64,000 nucleotides of DNA from Antedon mediterranea (GCF_964355755.1 NC_092674.1:21638001-21702000); one strand, 5' to 3'; shown: positions 14,101 to 28,019, counted from the first letter of the stretch. Numbers and translations: made by a program. The notes: generated by a model not told the origin, from the letters alone.

Positions 14101-17100
14101 AATAAATGGTTGGAAATGTACTATTATTTTTATTCAATCCTACCTAGGCCCTATAGTATTATATTTTATGACTTGGTAACAAACAGAAAGAGGTTATTAT
14201 TTAATTTACAGTACTAACTAAACTATAATAATCCTCTCTGCCTCACCTCTGCTCTACTTTAATTATTAGTACAGTATTATTATATTACTATATTAGTCAA
14301 TAACAAAATTCAGAGCCAAAAACAAGTTCAACACAAGCTTACCTTTTTTATTTACGTCGCCTTTTACATACGTCTACGCCCGCGCCTTGTCCACCACTTC
14401 CTGGAGGTTCGTCGGTGGACCGGCGACTACTACTCTCTTGTACTATATGTAGGCCATGGAGTAAACTCCATGTGTAGGCCTAGTATAGTACTAGCAAATT
14501 TAGAAGAAACTATTAGTCTACTAGACCTAGCCTACTTTGTAGTCTGCGTGAGTGGTTTAGTGTGAGATGTACAAATACACCCTTTCTTCTTTTCACGTAC
14601 AATCTTTGCAGATATAACTTTTTATTGATTTGTGAAATATCGATATTTTCTACGACTGCAGCAGCAACAGGGAGCTTGCAACACGTGAGTCTCGTGTAGG
14701 ATGGGTTTGTTTATTTTGTTTACACCACACACAGTCCGCGAACGAGACAAGGCCGTGATTGGACTGTATTAAAATTCATTAACCAATCACAAAACGACTG
14801 CTGCCGTGGCTACAACCCCGGGTGTTTCAAACTCTAAATTTGACGATCTCGTACGTGCGTATAGAACGTTCATAAAAATTAAGATGCCGTGCCAGTTGGT
14901 CGGCCATTTTGCGGACGTTTTATACCAACATTTTATTTGTTTATTTCTCAAGTTCTAATAGGTATTTGAATCTAATTTTTTTGTGTGCTGTTTATTAACA
15001 TTAAAAGGATTCATACAAAGTCATTTTTGTGAAATTTTAAAATCCTTTCATATCCATTTTAAGAGGTTGTTTCATTATACGCACTGTAATGTTAGATCTG
15101 TATAACAAAGCATATTAATATTGATTGATCGTCCTTTAAACTCAAAGTACATCTAGCGATTTCCTCTGAAATGGTTTTAATACAAAAATTATTACTAAAT
15201 AGTCTAATAATAGTGCTCGATATTGGTAGAGTTAGAATCCAATAGAAATAAAATAAAGCTTAGTTAAGCTATGGCAAAGTAGAATCATCAAGCAAAACGT
15301 AAGCTTATTATATATTATTAAGCCTATTATAAAAAAAACCGAATAAATTCATCATAGGAAAGGTAGCCTACTGTAGCTAGAAAAGTAAATCAGCTGTCCT
15401 GCCTATTTTAGTATTTAGCGCCATATAATGGCTAGGCATTGGTTAATAATAAATAGGTCCTTTTAGTCTAAAGCAATACCGGTTAATACAATGTTGACAT
15501 AGACCTATGCGTCAGAAAACAATTATTCTAGGCCTACTAAGCCAGGATAGCAAATACTAAAATGACATTAGAGGTAGCCGTGTGCGATCGTCCTTGGCCG
15601 CCGATAACAGCGACATTGTGCCTATCAATTTGAGCCATTATCTGACCTAGCTTATGCATCAAAACCATTAAAATTCCTCAATTTACATGACATATTAAAA
15701 ACTCAAACTTTACCAAGCAATACATTATAAATAAAAACAAAAAGTTAGAAAAATATATCGATTTCCACATTTCCACAAACAAACTCGGAATTACTGCAAG
15801 TATAATTTTACCACCAGCGAGAGAGAAAGAGAAGACTAAAAAGTGCTTATAGAGTGAACTTTTAAATGCTATTTTTCGTAATTGACGATTATTAAACTGA
15901 AAGTAAACTTACGATATATTATTAGCAAAATATTCAACAGCAGTAACGTAGTAAAATAAAGCAAGATGAACAACTCTAATTTATGTAAACCTGATATTTA
16001 TCGAGACGTATGCCTACGAAAAAGCGGTGTAAAATCAATGCGTTAGTTTTAGTTAGTTCAACAGTTTTTATTGATTGATATTGATCTGCAGTCAGACTTG
16101 GTCTATGCAGGGAAGAGTTAGCGTTCTTGCATAATACACAATAATTGTTATGTAAATTTTGTAGTCGCTCGATTCGTTTTTGTTGTGAATTAATGTACTG
16201 TACAGTCTATTCTTTTCTAAGAACAATTCGCCATTTTCTCACAAATACATTATCAAATTTCACTATATTTTAAAAATTTTAGATTCGCTCTAACATATTT
16301 GATTCAAGTTTGGTAAGACCAGAATGCCACACAAGAGCAGCGTATTCAGTTAAGGGTCTGACATACCCAGTGTAAATAGTTAATAAGTCAACGATTGGCA
16401 TTTTGAATCGCTTAAGTACTTTCAACATTATAATATACTATTAGATTTGCTAAGCACTTTAGTGATATGAGAGCTCAATTTAAGATCAGAACTAATGTTA
16501 ACGCCTAAGATTGTAGTATTATTTACAATGTTCAACGGCTGTCCATCAATGTTGACAACATGATTAACATTTTCTCTAGAGAAATTTACACTCATAACTC
16601 TAAACATTTGCTAGGATTAAGTTTCATATTATTAACTGTCGCCTATTGCGATAGTTCGTTTAAGTGATTTTGCATAAAGCTAGGTTGTTTCCTAAGACGG
16701 GGTTCGACAATGGTAATATCATCAACATACTTAAATACGTCAATCGTCTTATCGTAAAAAAAACATCATTAACCATGTCAAGGAAGCAGAGGGGCCATAA
16801 GCTGGTACCTTGAGGGACACCTCCATGAATGTATTTCCATTCACTAATGGTGTCTAGATATCTAACGCATTGTGTTCTATCACTTAGAAAACTCATAATC
16901 CATGTAATTACAGATGGACGGACTTGAAATTTAATCAACTTACAGATTAATACATTGTGGTCAACATAGTCAAAAGCTTTTTTAAAATCAGTAACCACTA
17001 CTACAGTACTTTCACTTTGTTTCTTATCAGCATTTCTATAGAGAACATCCATAAGCTTAACAAGATAATGATTAGTAGATATCCCTTTACGATTACCATA

Positions 17101-17234
17101 CTAGTTGTGGTCAAGGTTGGGATTCATGTCATATAACAACAACTTAGACATGAAACTTTCTGAAATTTTTGCAAAGTGGTCAGTGAGGGAAATTGGTCTA
17201 AGTTTATCCCAAGTCGCAGGATTAGTTTTCGGAA
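11123..17234 (+). repeat. Local segmental duplication, copy B
   Basis: See copy A. It starts AAAGCATACTTTAAGCGC, as at 4114. Confidence 0.9.
12164..15058. mobile_element. TTAA-targeting non-autonomous DNA transposon (Kolobok-like), copy 2
   Basis: Colinear with 7091-9945. TTAA at 12160-12163 and 15059-15062. The left TIR is shortened to AATGGATATG. The empty paralogous site at ~5150-5170 reads GCTGGTAAGAGG. Confidence 0.85.
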
Positions 17235-18821
17235 TAGGGATAACCATGGCCCTTTTCCATTGGGATGGGACAACACCGTTACCAAAGGATTGATTTATGA
17301 TTGCAGCCAGAAGTTTGCTAATTTCATATGCAAATTCTTTAATTAATTTGGCAGGCAAACCATTAGGGCCAGATGCTTTCTTGGTTTTAATATTTTTAAG
17401 TGCATTATAAACTTCATAATTTTTGGAAAACTGGGTCTGGGTTAGGATCCCCGTGACAAAAGGCCGGAAGTTCCTCCCTTACAAGGGGTCGGACTTCATT
17501 GGTAAAATTAACAAAATTATTATTGAGAAAGTTAGCAACATCCTTAGAATTACAAATATTTAAGTCATCTGGAATGTTAATAGTAGAGTTAGCTTTCCCT
17601 TGATTGGTCATGATTCGAATCTGCTTGTACCACTGTGCCGGGTTAGCCTTTTTATGTCTCTGAACTCGGTTGGCATAATAAACAGCCTTGGCTTTTTCAA
17701 TTTCTGATTTTACTGAATTCACCGAGTGGGGATCTTCATGAAATGCCTTCTGGCGATCACAAATCAGCGTTTTCACGTAAGGTGTCATCCAAGGTTTGCC
17801 TTCACTGTGCAGTTTAATAGTCTTGGTTGGAAAGTAAGTATTTGTTGTGTTCACATTTTCCTTGGACGATGGATTTTCTAATACTTCAGGCTATTCATGT
17901 TGCGCAATCAAGCTTCCACACTCTCTAATGGCAGATTCTTTAGGTCGAACCACTTTGTACCTGGTGGTATATGTCTTTGTGATTTGACTAAGCTTGGGAA
18001 TCCAAAAGATGGACGAATGGTCACTCGCTCCGACAGGGCAGCCAATTACAGGGTGCTGATACAACTTGTGTACATTTGTAATTATCTTATCGAGAATCGC
18101 GTCGTTCGAGTGGGTGCATTTACAACTTGCTTGAGACCAGTGCTTGAGCATATCTGTGATGTGTCTAAATTATTGTTAAAGTCACCAATTAGGGTTATTC
18201 CAGCTTGTGGATGGTTGGTGCTTATGTCATCAATGCCAAAAATGAGATGCTCAATCAGCTCAGATTCATATCTCCAATTCGGTGGAAAATACACAATAGC
18301 ATAATAAAAAATTGAAACTATGCGTGGAAGTCTATGTGGGCGGATTTTAATCCAAGCTACTTCCAAATTCTCGGGCACTTTAATGTTGGCAGAGGATGCT
18401 CCGAGGCAGCTCCGAATATAAAAAGCAACACCTCCTCCTCGCTTCTGGGTGCGGCTCTTAACCATCAAATCATAATTATCGATATCAAAGTAATTCAATG
18501 GAATGTCAGGCATAAACCATGTTTCACTGACACCAGCAATATCAACTTTCTGCTCCAAAATAATTGATCTGAATTCGTCCATTTTGTTACAAAGAGACCT
18601 GGCATTACAAACCATCACAGACGGTAGGTTATGGTAACGTAACCTTTCCTTACGGCGCGTTTCCCTTTGAATTACTATCAAGTTGGCAAGATTTAAACCT
18701 CTTCTAGGCCTACACCAAGTATAGTTATTTTTAGCTGCAGTACGTAGGATAAGTTTAATTCTCCTTATTTTGTTTCTTCCTGCACGACAACCGCGCGTAA
18801 AGCCAATGTTTAGATGCTTAA

Positions 18822-19372
18822 AGATGTATTGTCCCTTTAAACACAAAAAAATGAAGGTCAAAATATTCTAAATTTAAATTGGCCATATCAAAGTAATATT
18901 AAAGTTATTCACTTTAGGTTGAAAATTCGAGCCAAAAACAAGAAGTTTACGTAATTAACAGGTAAATTAATTTGATTACATGTTGTCTGGAAAATCATCG
19001 CGAGCGAAAGTAAACAAAGATTTCAAACCACGAGTATGCATTATGCATATGCTAATTAAGATTGTTTACAACTCGTCATGGTTGAGAAGGTGTTTTCACA
19101 CAGATCGCAAGGAAGTTTTATGATTATGCATAGGCCTACAGAGTAGCCAAACAAGCGCGTTGCATTATAATATATGTTTTGATCGAAAACTTTGACTGGA
19201 AGTCAAAGTTATTTTTTAAACAAAAAAACGTCTGTATTTCAATTAAATGATTTTTTTTTCGACTAATTTTTGGTGAAAGTTAATAACTATTATGATACTT
19301 CCAAATGACCTACTTTTTTCGAAATATTTTATTTTTTATTTTTTTGAAATTCGACAAAGGGACAATACATCT
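18822..19372. mobile_element. 551-bp MITE with TTAA target duplication (Kolobok-like)
   Basis: Perfect 17-bp TIR AGATGTATTGTCCCTTT. TTAA at 18818-18821 and 19373-19376. Removing it restores the LINE reading frame. Confidence 0.9.
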
Positions 19373-19908
19373 TTAATGTTCTTCCAACATTCCACGTCAA
19401 GCAACTGGCGGGGTTTATTTAATGTCGTGTTTCTTATTGTAAATAGGAAAGCACGCCTGTAACTGAATTTTGGGAAGCACATTTTGTAATTCAAGTTGAG
19501 AAGGTGTTTTCACATAGATCGCAAGGAAGTTTTATGATTATGCATAGGCCTACAGAGTAGCCAAACAAGCGCGTTGCATTATAAGATATGTTTTAATCGA
19601 AAACTTTGACTGGAAGTCAAAGTTATTTTTTAAACAAAAAAACGTCTGTATTTCAATTAAATGATTTTTTTTTCGACTAATTTTTGGTGAAAGTTAATAA
19701 CTATTATGATACTTCCAAATGACCCACTTTTTTCGAAATATTTTATTTTTTATTTTTTTGGAATTCGACAAAGGGACAATACATCTTTAATGTTCTTCCA
19801 ACATTCCACGTCAAGCAACTGGCGGGGTTTATTTAATGTCGTGTTTCTTATTGTAAATAGGAAAGCACGCCTGTAACTGAATTTTGGGAAGCACATTTTG
19901 TAATTCAA
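19081..19908 (+). repeat. 414-bp tandem duplication (19081-19494 / 19495-19908)
   Basis: Two near-identical copies starting GTTGAGAAGGTGTTTTCACA. The unit spans the right half of the MITE and the adjacent LINE sequence. Confidence 0.9.
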
Positions 19909-21114
19909 GCCCGGACAATGCTAGCGGAAAATTGCTTAGTAGGCCTACTGTAGAGCGGTGCAGCAGAGTTCATTCACGCCGGTGAGCGATCAGGTTGAGC
20001 AAGCGATTGTAAGCCTAGGCCAGTCAGGTAGATTAAAAATACATTTAAAGCAGACCGTTGACAAGACAAAATCACCAAACAGAAATACAAATGTTCACCA
20101 AACAGTACAGACATCAAAAGGCAAAAAATAATCACAAAAGTTTTTACAAAATCAGGCAGAACATTTAAAAATATATGAAATGTCTCCCGCCGCTGCCTAT
20201 GATGGCGCGGTAATCCTTGCCCATATTATTGCCTAAAGACATAAAATAAAAACAATAAAATAAAAAAAAATAAAAAAAAATGTTGCAAGCCGTCTCAAAC
20301 GGGTCCTACTAAACACCACCCAGATACCACCAGACACCTACTAGAGCAATAAATCTTACCACCAGAGAGCAGCCACCTGTTTAGAATTGATTATTACGGG
20401 TATATTGCAAATGTCAAAGCTTAATTCTTTCAGAAACGGATAAAAATTGAAGTTTAAAGTTGAATTTCGCGCCGTCGTATTCCAGAACCGAATGCGTTTG
20501 ATAAACATTATAGCAACGAAACGAACGCATTCATCCGTGCCTCATGTGTATTGTATTCAACCGTCAACTATGAGGCGCTACCGCTGAATTTATTTGGTCA
20601 AATAAAATCAGAAATTCATTTCTGTACACTATAACATTTATTAAAAATAAATAAAGCTGAATGCCAACTACTTTTTTGTCAGTAATGGTAATCGTATGTT
20701 AAAATAGAGTAAACTCATTATAGAATAGGAATGTGGAAGAGAAAATAAAATAGAAGTTTTAACTTGATATTACCGTGTATTGTATGTCTAAAGAAATATC
20801 TGGTGAGATAGAAAATATACAAAAATTTTTATTAATAAATAAATAATGACCTTGAAATTTTGGATGAGTCTGCAACAAAGAGAAATAATTAAAATTAATG
20901 TGCAAAAAAAATGTTATCGTATGCTAATTGTTATGTTGTCGTTACCGATTTTGACATACAAAACATGATAAAAACATAATGTCAAAAGAAAGACTAATCG
21001 CGCAATCGATTGGTGTATTTTATGTGACTGACAAAAAACAAAAAAGCATCGGTAGCGCCTCATTTGACATACAAAACATGATAAAAACATAATGTCAAAA
21101 GAAAGAAAGAGTAA

Positions 21115-24100
21115 TAGTCCAGTCCCTAAGGGGAGAAAAAGGGGTGAGATGTTACCAGACTGGATACAAATTATTCAATATAGCAGTTTGGTAGAGTATA
21201 GTGTGGAGATGCCAAAACAAATTACTGAAAATCTGATTTGACCTCTGTGACCTCTGACCTCAATTTGTATATTTTTCTATTATATAACTAAAAATCGCCA
21301 TATCTTGATAACGCATGGACATTTTACAATAATTTTTTTGTCAAAATGCTCGGAAGATATATATTTATATTCGCTACAATGAAAAAAATTGTACAAAAAT
21401 GGCCGCAAAGGCTTTATTTTTCAGTTTGACCTTGATTGCCTAATATCTCAATAACGCGCAATCTCAGAGATTTGAAAAATGGGCTCAAAATGTTAAGAAA
21501 ATAAATCTAATATTTAGTCTAATAGAAACTTTTTTTCAAAAAATTACCATAAATTAAGTTTTTTTACCTCTAATGTTTGAATATGTCGATAACTATTTGT
21601 TCTAAAAAGTTCAGTTTAGTGTCAAATTGTTTAAAATATACACATTTATATTTGCTCTTATTTTGTCAGAATTCAATTGGAAATGTCAATTTGAGCTATG
21701 ACCCATCGTTTTGCATATATTTAGCAACTAATAATCTATAAAAAGAGAGCGAGAGAGGGGAGGTGGTTGCGGTGGATGGAGAGACATACTTTTTTACATG
21801 TTACACAAATGGTCAACTCTGTCTACACTATAAAATGTGACAAAAAATGTGTATCGTATTACTACCATATTTGGGCACATCACACCTTTTTTGTTAAACT
21901 AGTTTGATAGTGTAGACAAACATGTAAAACATATGTGTCTCTCCATCCACCCCAACCAACTCCCTCGCTTTTCTAATGCTACTGCATGCATCTATACACA
22001 TCAAAATGACCGGAATTGTACTTGAAAGTTTTTAGCTACACTTGAAAATAGGTCCCAGAGGATGGGTGTATTGTAATGTTATCACAATTATGGCAATTGT
22101 TTGTACTGGGAAAGTTTCAAAACTACATTTGAAATATTAGCTAATAACATCACATGCTATTAAAGATATAATTATTGTCCCCCTGACAATGTAATTTTTA
22201 CAAATATTTTTGTTGAATGTTTTAATATAATTGATTTAATATCACATAATAGTTATTCACTATTTCACCAAAAATTGGATCGGAAAAAAATTGTTAAAAG
22301 TTAATGTGGTTTTGGTTAAATTAACTGTTTATTTTGTCTTTTTATAAGTGATATTTACTTTTTTTAGATTAACTCTTTGATAAAACACCTCTTCCAATGC
22401 AGTGAAGATCTTAAGTGTCTCCTTATCTTACTAATCTTCCTTAACTTCTCTTTGAGTGATCGTAATCACTATTTGTTGAGGTATAATAATTACCTCTAGG
22501 TATTGGTAATACCTGTTTTACTGAGACAAATGCTTTCTGATAATCTCTAAATCAAAGATTTGTTGAAATTCATTTCATTTTTATTTTAGTTGATTGACAA
22601 ACTGTATAAGATGGTCCTACTGCATGAAACCTTATATCTTGGTTTATTTACTTCTCTAGTCGGTCTCTGATTTTTTTTTTTTTATTACTTTTGTAAATTA
22701 TTTGTGTACAGTACATGTGATAATGTTCGTTTGGTCGGTAATGGTTGATGTCAGTTTGTCATGTTTTTGTATATCATTGCTTCTCTTCATTTCTTCTGGT
22801 TTCAAAGACTTTGTTGTATAGTGTTATGCGCTGGATGTGTTATTGCCTCATCTTCATCATCAGTGTTGGAGCTTTGTCTTTTGCATTTGCCTTAATTACA
22901 GCCTCTTTCATTTTCTCTACAAGAATAGATGGTAATTTTTTTGACTGCTCACTTGTTTGTTTTCTTTTTATATTCCACACCAGTATGTTCTTGAAAAGAA
23001 ATCAGCTTTGTAATTAATTTGTCTTTGATCCTTTTCAGATTTCTAATATTTTAAGCATAATTATGTTTTTATTTTTCACTCTTTCCTTCGGTTTTTCCTC
23101 ACTGTTTTCAGCCGCACTTCAAGCAATGAATTGATAATTTAGTCATATGTTTTATGAGTATCAAAACTCATTGGTTAATTCATCTTTTCTTTCTTGAGGA
23201 TCTTGATTTTTTTTTTTTTTATGTTAATCAACAAAATGTTTATCTAATTTTATGTTGATATTAAGTGTTGCTCTTACCATGCCTACTGTAAGACACAAAA
23301 AAGAATACACTGCGTCCTCACTGTTGTTATACGACTCAATCTCAAACTTTAACGCAACGTAAAATATGGTACACACGAAAAATTAGATTGTATGGTATTT
23401 GGTTCGAAATCTGTAAGATATAATAACAATAACTCGCAAATTAAGCAATTGCTATAGCGCCATCTATATGGAAATCAATCAAGCATGACGACCGATCTAG
23501 CTTCAATCAGTACGATCGGACAAAATGAGTACGCTATAAATAACTAAACTATAGGAATACCGTCAGCGGTGGTTCTAAACAATGTAACTAACCACATAAC
23601 ACATGAAATATAAACACTATGATTATGTTATTAAATTCTATGTTATTAAATCCAGGTGATCTGTAAATATATCTACGTTAACATGTTATTTCTGTATACT
23701 AGCTATCATTATACAAGTTTGCGTACGTAACATTTACACAAGATGGATGCCAAAATTGAAAACTACGTGCATACTCATCAACACTTATGCATAGACTACT
23801 TATTAAATATTATAACGTAGATTCTAATTATGATCTAACAATGATTACTAACTCTTGAGCTCTCAATTAACAACCGAAAATTAAACTGTAGTTAATAATA
23901 ATATGCCGTGTCTCAGAAAATCACACACGTGCGTCTATTACTGCTTCTCGTTACCTACACTAAAATAAAAAATCACAACATAAATATAGACGGCGTACTT
24001 CAAAATATCCTAAACGATACACCTACCATGCGATCGAATTAAATGAAAATTTAAGAAAGAAAATTGTAAAAGTTAAACTAAATAGGATATTGAATGTAGT

Positions 24101-24777
24101 TCTGGTCCATTAAATCTATATTTTAGGTATATTATTATAAGTATGACACACGCACGCTTAACAGTATATCCTGGTCATACCTCAAACTGCGATAACTGAA
24201 ATTTCCAGTAAAAATATGATAACATCTTCTATTAGAGCTAATATAAATGTTTACATTCTGAACAATTTGACACCAAACGGAACTTTTTATGACATTTGGT
24301 TACAGAGATGCATACATATTTAAACATTAAAGGTCAGGTCAGTAAATGACATTTCCTGTGAATTTGGAAGAACATCTTTAATTAGAGTATATATAAATGT
24401 GTATGCTCTTAACAATTTGAAACAAATTTCAAGAAATTTTGAGCAGTAGTTATTGAGGTATAGTAAGCCGAGGTCAAAGGTCAAAACATTCAGAAACTAC
24501 ATTTCCGATCGTTTTTTTGAAAATTATAGCTATTATAGCGAATATAAATATGTACCCTCTGATCTATTTGACACCAATATCATTTCAATTGTCAAACCCG
24601 TTGTCGAGATATGGCTGTTTAAGATAGAAATATAAAAATTGAGGTCACAGGTCACAGAGGTCAAATCAGATTTCCACTAACTTTGTTTTGGTATCTCCAT
24701 ATCATGTTCTATCAATATGCCAAAGGGCACACTTGTATCCACTATGGTAACATCATTTCCCCTTAGGGACTGGACTA
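21115..24777. mobile_element. Non-autonomous Academ-type DNA transposon
   Basis: Perfect 20-bp terminal TIR TAGTCCAGTCCCTAAGGGGA, continuing as several hundred bp of imperfect inverted repeat. TAG...CTA termini. 3-bp TSD TAA at 21112-21114 and 24778-24780. An empty site with a single TAA survives in a local duplicate at ~20995. Confidence 0.8.
22380..23110 (-). pseudogene. Highly degenerate RTE-like RT remnant
   Basis: Broken traces LPSILVE..KDKAP.., ..DHL.., and RDYQKAFVSV (compare DYEKAFDSV). Confidence 0.4.
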
Positions 24778-25764
24778 TAATCGCGCAATCGATTGGTGTA
24801 TTTTATGTGACGAACAAAAGTAACAAAAAAGCATCGGTAGCGCCTCATAGTTGACCGTTGAATACAATACGCAAGAGACACGGATGAATGCGTTCGTTTC
24901 GTTGCTATAATGTTTATCAAACGCATTCGGTTCTGGAATACGACGGTGAGAAAGTTTGATCAGTTTCTGAAAGAATTAAGCTTTGGAATTTGCAATATAC
25001 CCTTAATAATCAATTCCAAACAGGTGGCTACTCTCTGGTGGTAAGATTTATTGCTCTAGTAGGTATCTGGTGGTATCTGGTGATATCTGGTGGTATCTGG
25101 TGGTGTTTAGTAGGACTGGTCTAAAACGTCTTCCTTCTTAGGCCAAAACGGCTAGCGGAATAATGTATTAATTATACCAATTAGGATGGTATTTATTTGA
25201 ATAAACGCCCAGAACACCTCCCCAATAAAACATTAAAATACTAATAAAATAATGTTATAAGGGCCACACACTAATACGTAAAACGCTATTATTCACAGAC
25301 ACTGTGAAACAGGTTAGTGAGTAGGTTTAGTTTTACGAATATCAAGCATTTCAATAATGGTAACCGACCGAAAACCTCCAGGTCAGGCGGAGAATCATTC
25401 TGAGAATCATCGTCTACACTTCCTAGATGGGGAGCGAGCGAAGCGAGCTCACCCTCTAGTGAGTATAAAATTTGATATAAAACAGCCTGTTTCAAACCCT
25501 CTCTCCATGTTTTTATATTCGGCGTGTTTGCATGAAAAACCTGGTTGGATCGACTTGGATTTTTTGTTGTTGAAAACTGATAAATATTAAATACTTCTTC
25601 AAAAATGTTTTCATCTTTTTTTATATTAATATCTCTATATAATTATTTCATTAAACCAGTAATTAAATAGGCCCACGTACGTGTGTGAATTATATTAAAT
25701 ACTTCTTCAAAAAATGTTTTCATCTTTTTTTATATTAATATCTCTATACAGTACAATTATTTCA

Positions 25765-26745
25765 TATACGGTTTCAGAAAAAACTATTCCACTTCTTTTG
25801 CTTTAATTGATCTTACCAACGACATTGTGGATGCTATTCATAATAAGTGGTTTTCGTCTGGCCTATTCATTGATCTTTCTAAGGCATTCGATACCATTGA
25901 TCACACTATTTTACTTTCAAAACTCTTTAACTATGGTATCCGTGGCATTACTCTTGACCTTTTTAAAGATTATATGTTCAATCGACTTCAATGCACCTAT
26001 ATCAACAATGTTTCTTCCTATTTTAAACCTATTGTTTGTGGTGTTCCTCAAGGGTCTCTATTAGGCCCTCTTCTTTTTTTTTATTGTATATGAATGATTT
26101 ACCAAATGCATCTGACATCCTTTCTTTTTATCTTTATGCTGATGACACAACCATTTTTTATTCACACACTAATTTTGATTTCATTTTCAATACTTTTAAT
26201 AGGAAATTGAAGAACGTGAACGATTATTTCAATGCAAACAAACTTTCAATAATTAACAAATGCCATTTTATGCTTTTTTGGTTTTCGACACCAAGATTTG
26301 GTTAACGACACTCATAATGTTTACCTTGCTGCCCACAAAATTCCTCTTGTTAAGCATACTAAATTTCTTGGAGTAGAAATAGACTAAGAACTAAACTTCA
26401 AACATCACATTTCACAAACTAAAATTTCAAAAAATATTGGAATTTTATATCTTCTTTCATTTTACTTGCCCAAAGAAATCCTTCGCATGATTTATTGTTC
26501 ACTTGTTTTACCTTTTATTTCTTACTGTAATATTGTCTGGGCAAACAACTATGTTTCAAACCTCAACAAAATTGTTATTTTCCAAAAAAAAAGCTATTCG
26601 CCTCATCTCTGGTGCGTCACGCCTAGATCACACTAGTGAGCTTTTCTCTGACCTTAAATTATTAACTGTCCAAAACATCAATATCCTCCAACAATGCACC
26701 TTCGTCTATGAACATGCCAACTGTCTACTTCCAACCAAACTTTCT
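25765..26745 (+). pseudogene. CR1/L2-group RT fragment
   Basis: YGFRKNYSTSFALIDLT..FIDLSKAFDTIDH..GVPQGSLLGPLLF..YADDT..KFLGV. Related to 29354-30365 but clearly diverged; frameshifted. Confidence 0.85.
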
Positions 26746-27059
26746 TGCAGAAAAAGTGAAAATGGAGAGTGATGCTGCTGCTAAGAAGAAAGCTGAAGAG
26801 ACGCAATCAAGTATGTTGTTGATGATGAAACAACAAATGGAATTAACTCATCAACAGATACAAAATTAAAACTTTCAAATGAATAAACAAATGGAAATCA
26901 TACTCCGTATAATTGAAAAAATGTAATGCTCTACCTCTTAGGCCTAAGCCTGTTTTTCTGTCAGTTTTTACAATGATTTAGTCTGAAATGAACCTCTTTA
27001 CCTTGTGCTCCATCACTCCATCCATCTTATATTAACTTAGCAAATCTTCTATGGTTGTT

Positions 27060-27290
27060 GTATCTCATTATTGAATTTTGCCCTCAACTTTTCCTTTAAT
27101 ATATTCCACCGATCCCTCACATTTGTTCCATCTAAGTTGATGTCAAAAGATGGTGAATTATTGCTTGCAATGTCTTTCCATACTTTTCCACGTTGCTATG
27201 TTCTTTCTCTGTACTGGAAAGGATCCAGTATAATCATCTCCTTCAGTAGCTGGTCATCCTTTTCTAGAGACCACTTTGTACATTTAGTGC
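27060..27290 (-). pseudogene. Myb/SANT-like (trihelix) domain remnant, probably from a PIF/Harbinger accessory gene
   Basis: KWSLEKDDQLLKEMIILDPFQY / RGKVWKDIA..NVRDRWNILKEK across a frameshift. Confidence 0.5.
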
Positions 27291-28019
27291 TTAGTAATAT
27301 TTTTATTTACATTTCATCCAAAGACCATCATGAAGTATGGTCTTATGATATTTTTCGTACCACTCAATTAGCCTTTTCTGTATCAGACCCTCATAGGTTA
27401 TGAAGTTTAATAATAAAAGTGTATAAAGTAATTATAATTGTGCAATATCAATAACTTTTAAAGTTTTCTGTAGTAAACATTAATGTGCAATATAAAATTT
27501 AAACATTTGAGTTAATTTACGGTACTATAAATGCATTTTTTTTTATTGTTATAGCATGACATTTTCCTATACTTAACTTCAATATATTTTTAACAAATTG
27601 CATATACTGTAATACACATTGTAAATAAAAGTGTATAAATAAGTAATTAGTAAATATGAAATATTAAAAAAAATGCAATAACAACTTTTAAAGTGATATA
27701 CGGTATACAAAACTTACTGAGTAATCTGAATGGATTACTGTATTAAAATTAATAATATTTAAACAGTTTAAACGTTTTAAAATCATTTTTGTTTTATTAA
27801 AACCTGTATTGCTTGTGGAAATATTTCTCAAGGGCAGGCGAATCAAGTTGAAAGGTTCTTGACGTAATATTGCCATAAAGACAAGTGTGGGTATTTGACA
27901 ACAGACAAAAAACTACATAAATTTTCCCAATTGCACTCGGGCCTATTTTTTTTTTTATTAAAGTCTACAAATTTACAGTTTTCTACAATGTCATTCAACA
28001 GATACTTTAACCTGGCTCA

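Larger units (their letters stand above)
16412..20210 (-). mobile_element. Decayed non-LTR retrotransposon (APE endonuclease plus RT, CR1/L2/Rex-group-like)
   Basis: NARSLCNKMDE..GVSETW..RGGGVAFY..YFPP..GDFN..PTR..LDKIITN..SDH; KPWMT; KASGPNG..PSQWKRA..DFKKAFD..GVPQG. Removing the MITE at 18822-19372 restores the N-terminus MCFPKFSYRRAFL..WKNIKHLNIGFTRGCRAG. Confidence 0.85.
20301..25118. mobile_element. Long-TIR MITE with a 9-bp target duplication (Mutator-like), split by an Academ insertion
   Basis: ~290-bp TIRs (GTCCTACTAAACACCACC.. / ..GGTGTTTAGTAGGAC). Flanks GTCTCAAAC (20292-20300) and GTCTAAAAC (25119-25127). Confidence 0.75.

Noticed and set aside
22520-22555. RDYQKAF as a helicase Q-motif, suggesting AcademH
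   Set aside because: The surrounding traces fit the DYEKAFDSV motif of an RTE reverse transcriptase.
25420-25461. Hairpin GCGAGCGAAGCGAGC..CTAG|T resembling a Helitron 3' end
   Set aside because: It is plausible, but no 5' end or second copy was found.
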